DNA of 64,000 bases from Bacteroidota bacterium (GTDB lineage Bacteria > Bacteroidota > Bacteroidia > Bacteroidales > FEN-979). This document shows positions 33,594-43,693 of this stretch, one piece after another. The notes under the pieces were generated by a model. That model was not told the DNA's origin, ran no database searches, and saw only the letters and a program-made list of their open reading frames with translations. Made by a program: the position numbers and the translations under genes. The DNA lies in contig JAPLDJ010000017.1 in assembly GCA_026391805.1 (NCBI GenBank), forward strand, positions 19,378 through 83,377, read 5' to 3'. Every line of letters begins with the position of its first letter. Positions within the stretch are counted from its first letter, which is position 1.

Positions 33594-35282
33594 ATGAAAA
33601 GTTTAAAATTCTTACTGTCGCTGCTCATTTCAGCATCGCTGCTCATGAGCTGCCAGTCAAAAAAGGAGAACATGAAAAAGGAATTGGTTGATTTCATCAA
33701 AAAATTCGATTCTGTTTACATTCCGCTGTACAAGTCGGTGAACATTGCCAGCTGGGATGCATCCATTACCGGGAAGCCCGAGGACTTTAAAAAATCGGAA
33801 GAGATGCAGATGCAGATCGTAAAACTTTTTGCCGATAAGGAATCATTGAAAAAACTGGAAGAGATCAAGGTTTCCGGACTGATTACGGATACCCTGCTGC
33901 TTCGCCAGCTCGATGTGATGTACCGTGCGTTCCTCATGGCAAAAGCCGATACGGCAAAACTGAATGCAATGGTGCGCATGCAAACCGCCATCGAACAGAA
34001 ATACGGGAATTTCCGTGCCGAGGTAAAGGGGAAAAAGCTCAACGATAATGAAATTGAAGATGTCCTGAAACATTCAAAGGATGTCAACCAGCAGAAAGAG
34101 GTGTGGATCGCCCAGAAAAAAATCGGTCCTGTGGTTGCTGCAGATATCATCGCCCTGGTGAAGAAAAGGAACGAGATCGCAAAGGACCTGGGTTTCAAAA
34201 ACTATCATGAGATGAGCCTTTCGCTCAGCGAGCAGGATCCGAAAAACATCAGCCAACTTTTCGGGCAGCTCGACAGCATGACACGGAGTGCTTTTGCAGA
34301 AGTCAAGGGTGAAATTGACAATTACTTTGTAAAATACTACAACCTGAAAAGCAAGGATGAACTGCGGCCCTGGAATTACCAGAACCGGTTCTTCCAGGAA
34401 GCGCCAAAGATCTACGAACAGGACCTCGATCAGTATTATAAAGGAAAGAACCTTGAACAACTGGATGCAGTCTATTATACTGGCATCGGACTGCCGATGG
34501 ATGAGATCCTGAAGAACAGCGATCTTTACGGGAAACCCGGAAAGAACCAGCATGATTACTGCACCGATATCGACAAGAACGGCGATGTTCGCATGCTCTG
34601 CAACATTGTACCCAACGAAACCTGGATGGGAACGATACTGCACGAATCCGGACATGCCGTCTACTTTGCAGCGATTAACCGCGATCTGCCTTTTATTTTA
34701 AGGGATCCGGCCCATACTTTCACAACCGAAGCCATTGCGGAGATGTTCGGCAGGTTTGCTACGAATCCACAATGGATAAAGGATAACCTGGGCATTTCTG
34801 ACGAGGAGAAAATGAAAATAGCAGAAAACAGCCTGAAAACCCTGCGGATCCAGCAACTGGTATTCAGCCGGTGGGCCCAGCTGATGTACAACTTTGAAAA
34901 GAGCATGTACGAAAATCCCGACCAGGACCTGAACAAGCTCTGGTGGGATCTTGCAGAAAAGTACCAGATGCTGAAACGGCCGGAAGGACGCAACGAACCC
35001 GACTGGGCCACCAAGATCCACATTGCACTGTATCCCTGCTATTATCACAACTACCTGCTGGGCGAGCTTCTGGCCTCACAGCTCTATTACTACATCGTAA
35101 AGAACATCGTGAAATCAGAGGATTACAAATTCCAGAGTTTTACCGGCAATAAGGAAGTTGGTACATTCCTGAAGGAAAAGGTTTTTGCGCCGGGATCAAG
35201 GTATTACTGGGACGACATGATCGAAAAGGCAACAGGGGAGAAGCTGACGCCTAAATACTATGCAAAGCAGTTTGTGAAGTAA
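33594..35282 (+). CDS. M2-family (ACE-like peptidyl-dipeptidase) zinc metallopeptidase, lipoprotein
   Basis: Lipobox LLMSC. LHESGHAVYFAAINRDLPFILRDPAHTFTTEAIAEM parallels the ACE HHEMGH...[21 protein letters not shown] active-site block. Confidence 0.7.
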   Translation: MKSLKFLLSLLISASLLMSCQSKKENMKKELVDFIKKFDSVYIPLYKSVNIASWDASITGKPEDFKKSEEMQMQIVKLFADKESLKKLEEIKVSGLITDTLLLRQLDVMYRAFLMAKADTAKLNAMVRMQTAIEQKYGNFRAEVKGKKLNDNEIEDVLKHSKDVNQQKEVWIAQKKIGPVVAADIIALVKKRNEIAKDLGFKNYHEMSLSLSEQDPKNISQLFGQLDSMTRSAFAEVKGEIDNYFVKYYNLKSKDELRPWNYQNRFFQEAPKIYEQDLDQYYKGKNLEQLDAVYYTGIGLPMDEILKNSDLYGKPGKNQHDYCTDIDKNGDVRMLCNIVPNETWMGTILHESGHAVYFAAINRDLPFILRDPAHTFTTEAIAEMFGRFATNPQWIKDNLGISDEEKMKIAENSLKTLRIQQLVFSRWAQLMYNFEKSMYENPDQDLNKLWWDLAEKYQMLKRPEGRNEPDWATKIHIALYPCYYHNYLLGELLASQLYYYIVKNIVKSEDYKFQSFTGNKEVGTFLKEKVFAPGSRYYWDDMIEKATGEKLTPKYYAKQFVK

Positions 35283-35370
35283 TTGATAATTGATATTGGA
35301 TAATTGACAATCTGAATCATTTCTTTTAAGACCTTTACAGAGAAACTAAAAGTCGTAAAAATCAGTTTTT

Positions 35371-35487
35371 AACCACCAAGGCGCATAAGGTAAACACAAA
35401 GGATCACAAAGGAATCGGAAAGCCGCCATTATTCCTTTGTGACCTTTGTGCAAATCCTTAGTATCCTTCGTGGTTTTTTCGTTGGGG
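35371..35487. repeat. ~105-bp imperfect palindrome of CA(C/A)AAGG words plus T-run and conserved tail
   Basis: The arms are aaccaccaagg-cgcataagg-taaacacaaagg-atcacaaagg-aat ... att-cctttgtga-cctttgtgcaaat-ccttagtat-ccttcgtggtt. This is followed by ttttttcgttgggg. Confidence 0.8.
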
Positions 35488-35494
35488 CCGGCAT

Positions 35495-36136
35495 TTACCG
35501 CTGACCAAAGTCGTAGCTGAGGAGATCCCAAGACTCACTATACCCAAGTCCCAAGTCAAGCAAACCGATATGTGTTTTGACAAACCCGATTTTATTGACA
35601 AACCAGTTGTTCTCGTCATATAAATAATTAGGCCCCCATTGGTGCGTGACAATATTAATTGCATCTGTGAATATACCTGCGGAGGTTTGCACAGTATCCT
35701 TTGCAATCACACTTGTCGAGTCCATATCGCCTCCCCAGCCTTTTCCAACTGTTAATGGAAATAAGATTGTTCTGAAGACATAGAACAGCGAATTTTGGTT
35801 GGGAACAGAATAGGGATGACGGTAAAATTTGATGGTATCGTTGATATCTGTTACAAAATTCGTATCCGATCCATCTGGGTACTCCAGCAACCAGACCTTA
35901 GCATTTTCTCCGTTTGGCAACTGTTTCGTTCCAATAATACGAACCTTCAAGGTATCGGGGACAGTGTCGAAGTTGATTAACACCAGGTATTTCCACTTAT
36001 ACCCGACCTGGTTTGGAAAATTATCTATTTGCGGTGTGTTTATTATCGGAGAAGAAGAAGGTTCAGCGTTGTCTTTATTGCAGCTGCCGTTTGCAAGCAG
36101 TGCCAGGAGACTTAACAGGATCAAAGTTTTTCTCAT
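35495..36136 (-). CDS. hypothetical lipoprotein
   Basis: The first ATG gives MRKTLILLSLLALLANGSC (lipobox). No recognisable domain. Confidence 0.55.
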   Translation of the reverse strand: MRKTLILLSLLALLANGSCNKDNAEPSSSPIINTPQIDNFPNQVGYKWKYLVLINFDTVPDTLKVRIIGTKQLPNGENAKVWLLEYPDGSDTNFVTDINDTIKFYRHPYSVPNQNSLFYVFRTILFPLTVGKGWGGDMDSTSVIAKDTVQTSAGIFTDAINIVTHQWGPNYLYDENNWFVNKIGFVKTHIGLLDLGLGYSESWDLLSYDFGQR

Positions 36137-36314
36137 CTTTACAAATTTTGTGCTCAAGGAATTCTGGCATCCCGTCAGCTCCCTTTTTTGGGATCAGCAT
36201 TTTTCACCTCAAAGTTAATTAAACCGATGACCGAAGTCAATAGGATTGAGAAAAAAAGAAAGAGGCAATCCATTGGAATCACCCCTTTCCAGTCTCCTTT
36301 AGCCAAAAAAGATG

Positions 36315-37148
36315 TTACGGCATCGTGATGGGATAAACCGTACCATTTACCGTTGCGGTGGCCTGGTCGTCGCAGGCGCCGCTTCCGAAATCAAGGATGA
36401 TCAGCGGAGAATCCTGCGGCTGGATCTCCATCGTTCCGCTCTGGATCCATTCGCAGTTCAGTTTCTTTTTTAAAGGATTCGTGATCGTGCAGGAATAGGT
36501 TTTGCCGTCCGAGTTCGTACCATTTGAAAAACCGGTCATTTGGTACACGTCGTCCCACCACATCCAGGTTGTGGCTTCTCCTTCGAGCCATTCAAGGACT
36601 GTATTCTCATTATAAGTAATGGTTCCGCCGTTATTTGCTTTGACGATGCTTCCTGCAACAACGGTTGTCCAGGAAAGATGGCCTGAATTGTTCCGCCCGT
36701 TGTTGGTGATGGTTTTGGTGCCAAGTACCTGGTTGTCGGCCATGAAGAAATTCTCAAAGGTATATGTGATAACCGTTCCGGGCTGCCAATAGTCGCCATT
36801 GACGGTGACAAACATTTTCCCCCTGCGGTAGACGCCGTCATCGCATTTGCAGTTCACAGGTCCGAAATCAATGGTTAGTTTGAAAGGAAAGACATTTAAG
36901 TCAAGCGTCGCGAGCACACAGGTGCCCATATACACCGTGTCGGAAAGGGAGGATTTCAGCTTTGCTCCGGCCATGGCCTTGTCGGACCAGTTTTTTACAT
37001 CGCCGTAGACATTGTTTGCGAGTGCATTGTCGGTGGCCGCAGTAACATCCGCTTTTTTGTTGTTGGTGTCATTCTTCTTACATCCGGGTAAGAAGATCAC
37101 CGTTGCTGACAAAATCAGCAACCCGCATAAGATTCCGGTTACTTTCAT
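36315..37148 (-). CDS. hypothetical lipoprotein
   Basis: MKVTGILCGLLILSATVIFLPGC (lipobox). Cys-rich beta-type sequence with no recognisable domain. Confidence 0.55.
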   Translation of the reverse strand: MKVTGILCGLLILSATVIFLPGCKKNDTNNKKADVTAATDNALANNVYGDVKNWSDKAMAGAKLKSSLSDTVYMGTCVLATLDLNVFPFKLTIDFGPVNCKCDDGVYRRGKMFVTVNGDYWQPGTVITYTFENFFMADNQVLGTKTITNNGRNNSGHLSWTTVVAGSIVKANNGGTITYNENTVLEWLEGEATTWMWWDDVYQMTGFSNGTNSDGKTYSCTITNPLKKKLNCEWIQSGTMEIQPQDSPLIILDFGSGACDDQATATVNGTVYPITMP

Positions 37149-37323
37149 AGCTGCTTGGTTTTAGGGTTAATAAAAGAAGAACTGAAATGATTGAACAAAA
37201 AGGTGGGTAGAGGGTTTCTCTATAATTGTTCTTCTTTTTGAGGAAGAGTCGGAAATTGGAACCGGGTCTGAACATTATTTAAACGAAGGCAGACGGGAAA
37301 TAGTATATAAAAAAAGAAATCCT

Positions 37324-37494
37324 CGTGGGTTTTATTTTTTCGTTCTGGGGCTGACTAAAAAGTCCTTATTCGCCTTTGTGAAGACCTTTGTCGCCTTTGT
37401 GGTTAAATTTTAAGTGATTGAACCACAAAGGACACGAAGTACACACAAAGTTGCACAAAGAAAAATATTCTGCATACTTTTTCTTTTTAGTCAA
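37324..37494. repeat. nested imperfect palindrome (CACAAAGG words) with conserved tail
   Basis: The tail cgtgggttttattttttcgttctgggg resembles 35468-35487. Outer pair ctgactaaaaag/ctttttagtcaa. Inner arms cgcctttgtg-aagacctttgtcg-cctttgtggtt ... aaccacaaagg-acacgaagtacacacaaag-ttgcacaaag. Confidence 0.8.
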
Positions 37495-37527
37495 CCTCCC
37501 GGGGGATGAGGTGAGTAATCAGAATTC

Positions 37528-38808
37528 TTATACTGCCATCACCAGGTAATAGTTCTTCTTTCCTTTCTGAACGAGGATGTATTTCCCCTGAAGAAGACAG
37601 GATTCTGAAACCAGAAAGTCTTCGGTGACTTTTCCCTTGTTCACGGAAACACCGCCTTCCTTCAGCATGCGGCGGGCCTCGCCTTTGGAAGCAAAGATCT
37701 GCGTGGTACCTGCCAGGAAATCAACAATATTTATTTTTTTCTCAACTTCGCTTTTCGCCACTTCGCTTTTCGGAACACCCTCGAAGACCGAGAGCAACGT
37801 GTCTGCTGACAGCTTTTTCAGGGTCTCTGTGGTTCCTTTGCCGAAGAGGATTTCAGATGCTTCTATCGAAGAGAGGTAATCTTCTTCCGAATGCACGCGG
37901 ATGGTGATCTCTTTTGCCAGCAATTTCTGCAGCGAGCGGAGATGAGGCGCTTCGGCGTGCTGCCGGATGGCTGCATCGATCTCCTCTTTTGAGAGCAGGG
38001 TGAATTTCTTAATGTATTCTGCCGCATCTTCATCGCTGGTGTTAAGCCAGAACTGGTAAAATTTGTAGGGAGAGGTTTTTTTGGGATCGAGCCAGATGTT
38101 GCCCTCTTCGGTCTTGCCGAATTTGCCGCCATCGGCCTTGGTGATGAGCGGACAGGTAAGGGCATACGCCTCTCCGCCAAGTTTCCGGCGGATCAGTTCG
38201 GTGCCGGTCAGGATATTGCCCCACTGGTCGGAGCCGCCCATCTGGAGTTTGCAGTTTTTGTGTTCGTAAAGCCAGCAGAAATCATAGCCTTGAAGAAGCT
38301 GGTAGCTGAATTCGGTGAAGGAGATGCCAGACCCGGATTCCATACGGTTTTTTACGGAATCCTTCGCCATCATGTAATTCACGGTGATGTGCTTGCCGAT
38401 CTCACGGAGGAACTGGAGAAACCCGAACTCCTTCGTCCAGTCGTAATTGTTCACCATAATGGCGGGGTTGACCGGCGTTTCGAAATCGAGGAATTTTTCG
38501 AGCTGCTTTCGGATGCAATCCTGGTTGTACCGGAGCACATTTTCGTCCAGCAGGTTCCGCTCCTCCGACTTGCCCGAGGGATCGCCCACCATGCCGGTAG
38601 CGCCACCGACCAGTGCAACGGGCCGGTGACCGGCACGCTGGAAATGGACCAGCATCATGATCGATGCAAGGTTCCCGATGTGAAGGGAATCGGAAGTGGG
38701 ATCGTAACCAATGTACGCCGCAGTAGTCTCTTTCGCCAGTTGCTCTTCAGTTCCGGGCGTCACATCATGGATCATTCCCCTCCAGCGGAGTTCTTCTATG
38801 AAGTTCAT
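37528..38808 (-). CDS. tyrS: tyrosine--tRNA ligase
   Basis: The start is set at [19 protein letters not shown]-type motif SLHIGNL, KMSKS-type motif KFGKTE, and a C-terminal S4-like domain. Confidence 0.93.
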   Translation of the reverse strand: MNFIEELRWRGMIHDVTPGTEEQLAKETTAAYIGYDPTSDSLHIGNLASIMMLVHFQRAGHRPVALVGGATGMVGDPSGKSEERNLLDENVLRYNQDCIRKQLEKFLDFETPVNPAIMVNNYDWTKEFGFLQFLREIGKHITVNYMMAKDSVKNRMESGSGISFTEFSYQLLQGYDFCWLYEHKNCKLQMGGSDQWGNILTGTELIRRKLGGEAYALTCPLITKADGGKFGKTEEGNIWLDPKKTSPYKFYQFWLNTSDEDAAEYIKKFTLLSKEEIDAAIRQHAEAPHLRSLQKLLAKEITIRVHSEEDYLSSIEASEILFGKGTTETLKKLSADTLLSVFEGVPKSEVAKSEVEKKINIVDFLAGTTQIFASKGEARRMLKEGGVSVNKGKVTEDFLVSESCLLQGKYILVQKGKKNYYLVMAV

Positions 38809-38824
38809 CTGCATTCCTTTTTTG

Positions 38825-38832
38825 CAAAAGTA
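38825..38832 (-). promoter_or_regulatory. putative -7 box (TAnnTTTG) for tyrS
   Basis: The minus strand reads tacttttg, 17 nt upstream of the ATG at 38808. Confidence 0.45.
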
Positions 38833-38896
38833 GGAAAATCCTGCAATTCCGAACCTGAACAGAACCTGACATGGTTCCAGAGGTTTGAAACGTTCG

Positions 38897-38904
38897 TATC
38901 TTTG
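38897..38904 (+). promoter_or_regulatory. putative -7 box (TAnnTTTG)
   Basis: tatctttg lies 22 nt upstream of the TTG start at 38926. Confidence 0.4.
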
Positions 38905-38925
38905 CATGAATAAAAGACCAACGAT

Positions 38926-41859
38926 TTGGGAAGATTTTCTTTAATACTGTTCCTGTTATTATTTCTTTCTTTGGAGGATGATGCCGTGGCCGGTCAGGAT
39001 GTCCGGCATCCTGACAGGGTAATGAAGCCGGTCTATTTTGATGTATCCCCGCCTTTACGCGATCTGGTTCATATGTCTAATGGCCCGGCTGATGAGTCCT
39101 GGAAAGAAGGATTCGTAAAGAACAATTTTAATTTTAATAAACATACACGGAAATCATACGACTCTTTGGATTATGCTGACCAGGCTGTTCAGCATTTCCA
39201 GGGATCTTACCAGCCATTGGCGCCGCTACAGAATTTTGAAGGAGTCGGTATGCTAAATAATCTCCTCCCACCCGACACCCATGGAGATGTCGGGCCGAAT
39301 CATTATTTCCAGGTGGTGAATACATCCTATGCTATTTATAGTAAAAGCGGGACATTACTTCTTGGACCAAATGCGAACTATACAGTCTGGTTGGGGATGC
39401 CGAATAATGCGAACAGCGGAGACCCTACCGTGTTGTATGATGAACAGGCTGACCGCTGGCTTTTTGCACAGTTCTCCCTTCCGAATGGCAGTTCTGCGCC
39501 TTTTTACCTGATGATTGCCGTATCCCAGACCCCCGATCCGACCGGCGCCTGGTACCGGTATCAGTATTCTTTTCCTGACCTGCCCGATTATCCCAAATAC
39601 GGGATATGGCGCGACAGTTATTTCTTGTCGATAAACAAATTTACGCCCGTTAACTATAACTGGAATGGGGCCGGAGCTGCAGCGATGAACCGTAAAGCTA
39701 TGCTTAAAGGAGATCCCGCCGCCGCACTGGTACTATTCAATTTCCCAGTGAGCGACGAAGCCGGATCACTTCTTCCGGTCGATTGTGACGGCCCGTTCCC
39801 CCCGGCCGGAACACCCGGATATTTTGCTTACCTATCAGATTATATCACTTACCATCTTGGCATTTATGAGTTGCACGCCGACTGGGTTACCCCGGCCAAT
39901 TCCACCATCGGCAATTTTACTTCGCTGCCGGTCACTTCTTTCAATGCATACTTCACAAATGGCATAGCACAAAACGGGACCACTGTCCAGCTTGATCCGC
40001 TTTCCGACAGGCTCATGTACCGTCTTCAATACCATGTTTTCGGAGATCATTCCTCGATGGTCTGTAACCATACGGTCAATACCGGTTCGGAAGTGGCAGG
40101 GGTAAGATGGTACGAACTAAGGAATGCAGGCAGCGGCTGGTCGGTTTACCAGCAATCAACTTACGCCCCCGACGCCAATAGCCGGTGGATGGGCAGCATC
40201 GCCATGGACCAGAACGGCAACATGGCCCTTGGTTATTCCGTTTCCAGCAGTTCCATGTATCCATCCATCTATTATACAGGAAGGTTGTCAGGTGATGCAA
40301 TCAATACAATGACACAGGCAGAATCGGTCATTATTAATGGCGGAGGAGCACAACTTCATTGGGTGCAACGATGGGGAGATTACAGCAGCATGTCGGTTGA
40401 TCCCACCCAATGCGGTACCTTCTGGTACACCCAGGAATATTACCAATACACCGCATCCTACGATTGGAAAACCCGGATTGCATCATTCCAGTTGCCTGCA
40501 GGGACCCTCACAACAGATTTTTTAGCGGATAATACCACTCCTGCATTAACTGATACAGTCGCTTTTTCCGACTTGTCAGCCGGATGTCCCACGATCTGGA
40601 GCTGGAGTTTCAGTCCTGCCACGGTCACTTATCTCAGCGGAACGACATCCTCTTCCCGGAACCCAAAGGTCAAATTCAACTCCACCGGGATCTATGATGT
40701 GACTTTATCGGCCTCAGCCGGCGGTTCGCCAGTTGATAAAACCCGGACATCCTATATCCATGCAGGCACACCCGGGTTATGGACAGGGGTTACTTCTTCC
40801 GATTGGAGTACGCCTTCAAACTGGCATAACCTGCAGGTTCCGGGAGCTGCAACGAACATCACGATACCGGCTTCAGCTCCGTTCATGCCGTCTATTACCG
40901 GGGATCTTACCGTGGGCAACCAATGCAGCAGCATCACCTTGTCGGGCGGGAATTCGCAGTTGACTGTACCCGGAAGCCTGACCATAAATTCCGGCTATTC
41001 GGTGACGGTAAATAATTCAGGATTGATCCAGGTCGGAAAGGACTGGAATGATTACGGCACATTCGCGCCGGGTACGGGAACGGTGGAATTTATCACCACA
41101 AGCCCCGGTAAAATCCCGGGAGGATATAAACCCAACATGACGATGAATGATTACTACCGGAATATATTCACCGTAGGAATGAGAGAGCTTTCAGGAGGAT
41201 CGGCCGGACCCACCGGCGATGATGCCACATCTGTCGTCAGCATCGGGTTTAACTTTTCTTATATGGGAATCAATTATTCCCAGATAAAAATATCAACCAA
41301 CGGATGGGCCTCGCTGAACCAGAGCGGATATTCCTGGATGTATGACAATGTTGCACTTTTCGGTATTGCAGATCCGAACACAACCCTGGCTCCGTGGTTC
41401 GATAATCTGGGTGCAGATGGCACTTCGGCCATCACCTATAAAACAGAAGGATCAGCGCCGGACAGGATTTTTACCGTAGAATGGAAAAACATGCTTTCAT
41501 ACACCGGGGCCTTTGCCAAACTGAATTTCCAATTGAAGCTTTATGAGACGACCAACATTATCGAATTTCTTTATGGAAATGTTGTTGCCGGGATACACCA
41601 TACCGCCGAAGGTGCTTCGATTGGTATCGAAGATGCGACCGGCGGTCCGGTTCATTTCATTGAAGCTACAACCGGATCACGAACAACCGGAATAATAAAC
41701 CTTACCAGCAGTTCAAACTGGCCGACGGTTAATTACAGGTTCGGCCCCACTCCTTTATCCGCAGAAAATTTCTATAATCTGACGATCAGCAAAAGCGGAG
41801 GGTCATTTTCAAATGAACGCGAGATAATCGTAGATGGGAATATGACCATTAATCCCTGA
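38926..41859 (+). CDS. large secreted multidomain protein with a PKD-like domain
   Basis: 977 aa with a TTG start and hydrophobic N-terminus. PKD-like block [22 protein letters not shown]...[13 protein letters not shown]. No T9SS sorting domain at the C-terminus. Confidence 0.65.
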   Translation: MGRFSLILFLLLFLSLEDDAVAGQDVRHPDRVMKPVYFDVSPPLRDLVHMSNGPADESWKEGFVKNNFNFNKHTRKSYDSLDYADQAVQHFQGSYQPLAPLQNFEGVGMLNNLLPPDTHGDVGPNHYFQVVNTSYAIYSKSGTLLLGPNANYTVWLGMPNNANSGDPTVLYDEQADRWLFAQFSLPNGSSAPFYLMIAVSQTPDPTGAWYRYQYSFPDLPDYPKYGIWRDSYFLSINKFTPVNYNWNGAGAAAMNRKAMLKGDPAAALVLFNFPVSDEAGSLLPVDCDGPFPPAGTPGYFAYLSDYITYHLGIYELHADWVTPANSTIGNFTSLPVTSFNAYFTNGIAQNGTTVQLDPLSDRLMYRLQYHVFGDHSSMVCNHTVNTGSEVAGVRWYELRNAGSGWSVYQQSTYAPDANSRWMGSIAMDQNGNMALGYSVSSSSMYPSIYYTGRLSGDAINTMTQAESVIINGGGAQLHWVQRWGDYSSMSVDPTQCGTFWYTQEYYQYTASYDWKTRIASFQLPAGTLTTDFLADNTTPALTDTVAFSDLSAGCPTIWSWSFSPATVTYLSGTTSSSRNPKVKFNSTGIYDVTLSASAGGSPVDKTRTSYIHAGTPGLWTGVTSSDWSTPSNWHNLQVPGAATNITIPASAPFMPSITGDLTVGNQCSSITLSGGNSQLTVPGSLTINSGYSVTVNNSGLIQVGKDWNDYGTFAPGTGTVEFITTSPGKIPGGYKPNMTMNDYYRNIFTVGMRELSGGSAGPTGDDATSVVSIGFNFSYMGINYSQIKISTNGWASLNQSGYSWMYDNVALFGIADPNTTLAPWFDNLGADGTSAITYKTEGSAPDRIFTVEWKNMLSYTGAFAKLNFQLKLYETTNIIEFLYGNVVAGIHHTAEGASIGIEDATGGPVHFIEATTGSRTTGIINLTSSSNWPTVNYRFGPTPLSAENFYNLTISKSGGSFSNEREIIVDGNMTINP

Positions 41860-41874
41860 AAGTCCCCGCCATTT

Positions 41875-42441
41875 TCAGGAATAAAATAAAAGGAATAGAG
41901 CCGGAAGGATGATCCCGATGAGGGTAAGCCAGGCGCCGCGTTTTAAGATCCCGTTCTTCCCCTTGAGGACAAACATCCCCGTGATGGCAAGAAAGATCAG
42001 GGCTACGGCATAGAGATCGGAAAACCAGGTGTACAGTTTTTTGATGTTATTGTAATGAAGAAGGTTGAACTCTCGGATGCCGTATAGCGGGGTTTTTTTC
42101 TCCAGTTGTGCATCACCGTTACTCAGATCGATGTACAGAGAACCCATCGTCAGAAAGATCTCCAGCGAGTTGGTTCCCATGATATGACTTTTATAATGGT
42201 CCTTTTCGCCGATGTAATCAAGAACCGAAAAGACATAGGTCTGGGTAACCTGGCCGTCTTTCGGCAATGCGACCTTGAATTCCTTGTATGATTTGGCGTA
42301 ATCAGGGTGAATGAGATCACCCGACTTGAAGTGATTGAGCACGATCCCTGAGATCGCATAGATCAGCGTCATGCCTATGCAGAGGTAACCGACATCACGG
42401 TGAATGGCATTATTCCAACGCCGGAGCGTTTTGATCTGCAT
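41875..42441 (-). CDS. PepSY-associated TM helix family membrane protein
   Basis: N-terminus LRRWNNAIHRDVGYLCIGMTLIYAISGIVLNH is typical of PepSY_TM. Hydrophobic helices are present near both ends of the protein. Confidence 0.65.
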   Translation of the reverse strand: MQIKTLRRWNNAIHRDVGYLCIGMTLIYAISGIVLNHFKSGDLIHPDYAKSYKEFKVALPKDGQVTQTYVFSVLDYIGEKDHYKSHIMGTNSLEIFLTMGSLYIDLSNGDAQLEKKTPLYGIREFNLLHYNNIKKLYTWFSDLYAVALIFLAITGMFVLKGKNGILKRGAWLTLIGIILPALFLLFYS

Positions 42442-42443
42442 GG

Positions 42444-42998
42444 TTATTTCTTAAGCTCTTCAAATTTATCTGCTTCCACCGAATAGAATGAGAGGTGGTC
42501 TTTTCCGCTCTTCTTCAGGTCGTCGCGGAGCGCATAGATCTGATCCAGCTTGTCCTGGACTCCCTGGTCTTCATGACCCTTTGCGCCCGAATGAACCCCT
42601 GCCTCATGGTTTTCAACGGGTTTCTTTACTTCATTCTCCCATTCATTGAGGTATTTCTCGTCGATCTTCTCTTCTTTGAGGATCCCGAAAACACGAACAC
42701 GGCTTCCCACCAGTTTTTCATCGAACTTGGTAATATCCTTACCGGCGGTCACTTCTACACGGATGCTGTCGTTTCCGTCCACAAGGAACATGCGTTTTCC
42801 GCTGTGCTTGCAGGTATGGAGAACGGTACCTTCAATGATGATTGCCTTGTCGACAAGACCGGCAGCCTGCTGCTCAAATGTAAGCACGGCAACCTTTACG
42901 GCATCAGCCGTTTCGGTGTTATTTTGTCCTGAATTGCATGAAACCATCACCAAGAGAATGAATCCTAACGCGAAGAACAATCCTTTCGTTTTTACCAT
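42444..42998 (-). CDS. hypothetical lipoprotein (OB-fold-like N-domain, His/Glu-rich C-terminal half)
   Basis: The first ATG gives MVKTKGLFFALGFILLVMVSC (lipobox). There is a 2-nt gap to the downstream PepSY_TM gene. Confidence 0.55.
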   Translation of the reverse strand: MVKTKGLFFALGFILLVMVSCNSGQNNTETADAVKVAVLTFEQQAAGLVDKAIIIEGTVLHTCKHSGKRMFLVDGNDSIRVEVTAGKDITKFDEKLVGSRVRVFGILKEEKIDEKYLNEWENEVKKPVENHEAGVHSGAKGHEDQGVQDKLDQIYALRDDLKKSGKDHLSFYSVEADKFEELKK

Positions 42999-43092
42999 GG
43001 GGGTAGTTTTAGGTTTATGCAAAGATGGTAAAATCTTTTATGAATCAAAATAAAAAAAATAAACGCACCCCGCCTTCAGCTTCGAAGCTGTC

Positions 43093-43206
43093 TCAAAAGT
43101 TGGTTTCTCGCAGAGAACGCAAAGAATATATATCAGGAATTAAACCCTTTGCGAATTTTGCGAAAATCTTTGCGGCCTTTGCGTGAACGATTTTTAACCT
43201 TTTGAT
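43093..43206. repeat. asymmetric GCAAAG-word palindrome
   Basis: Left arm tcgcagagaacgcaaagaa. Right arm ccctttgcgaattttgcgaaaatctttgcggcctttgcgtgaa. Flanking pair tcaaaagttgg/taaccttttga. Confidence 0.7.
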
Positions 43207-43260
43207 ACAACCTCATTGAGGGGGTGAGTTCTTCAGGTTCGGTTCAACACAAATGAATGA

Positions 43261-43635
43261 TCAGGGCTTCCCTTGCTGCTGACGCTGACGTTCCTGGAAC
43301 TGTGCCTTCATCTCTTTGACGGCATTCTCATACTGCTTATAAAGCTTTTCGTTGTTCAGGCTCTTTTTTACTTTTGCATCCCTTGTTTTTTCAAGGGGTT
43401 CCATTTTTGCCGGATCCTTGTAAGCCTGCTGGGCATGCACATCGTCAAAAAATTTCGTGTAAATAAAGACAAGATTTGACTTCTGCGTTTCGTTAAAAGT
43501 CACCGTTTTTGAGATCCGGTCAACCGTATTCTTGGCCCTGTCGGCAGAAGTCATCGATTTTCCGTTGGGATGCTGGGCGACGGATGTGAGCACCATCATC
43601 CCTGCAATAACACCTGATAAGATTATTTTTTTCAC
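43261..43635 (-). CDS. hypothetical periplasmic helical protein
   Basis: A GTG start gives the signal peptide VKKIILSGVIAGMMVLTSVAQ. The longer ORF would overlap the upstream gene by 50 nt. Confidence 0.45.
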   Translation of the reverse strand: MKKIILSGVIAGMMVLTSVAQHPNGKSMTSADRAKNTVDRISKTVTFNETQKSNLVFIYTKFFDDVHAQQAYKDPAKMEPLEKTRDAKVKKSLNNEKLYKQYENAVKEMKAQFQERQRQQQGKP

Positions 43636-43693
43636 CTGTTTAGGATTAGTTTGAGAAAAGATAAATTTACTAAGAAACGTCCAGATCCTAATT

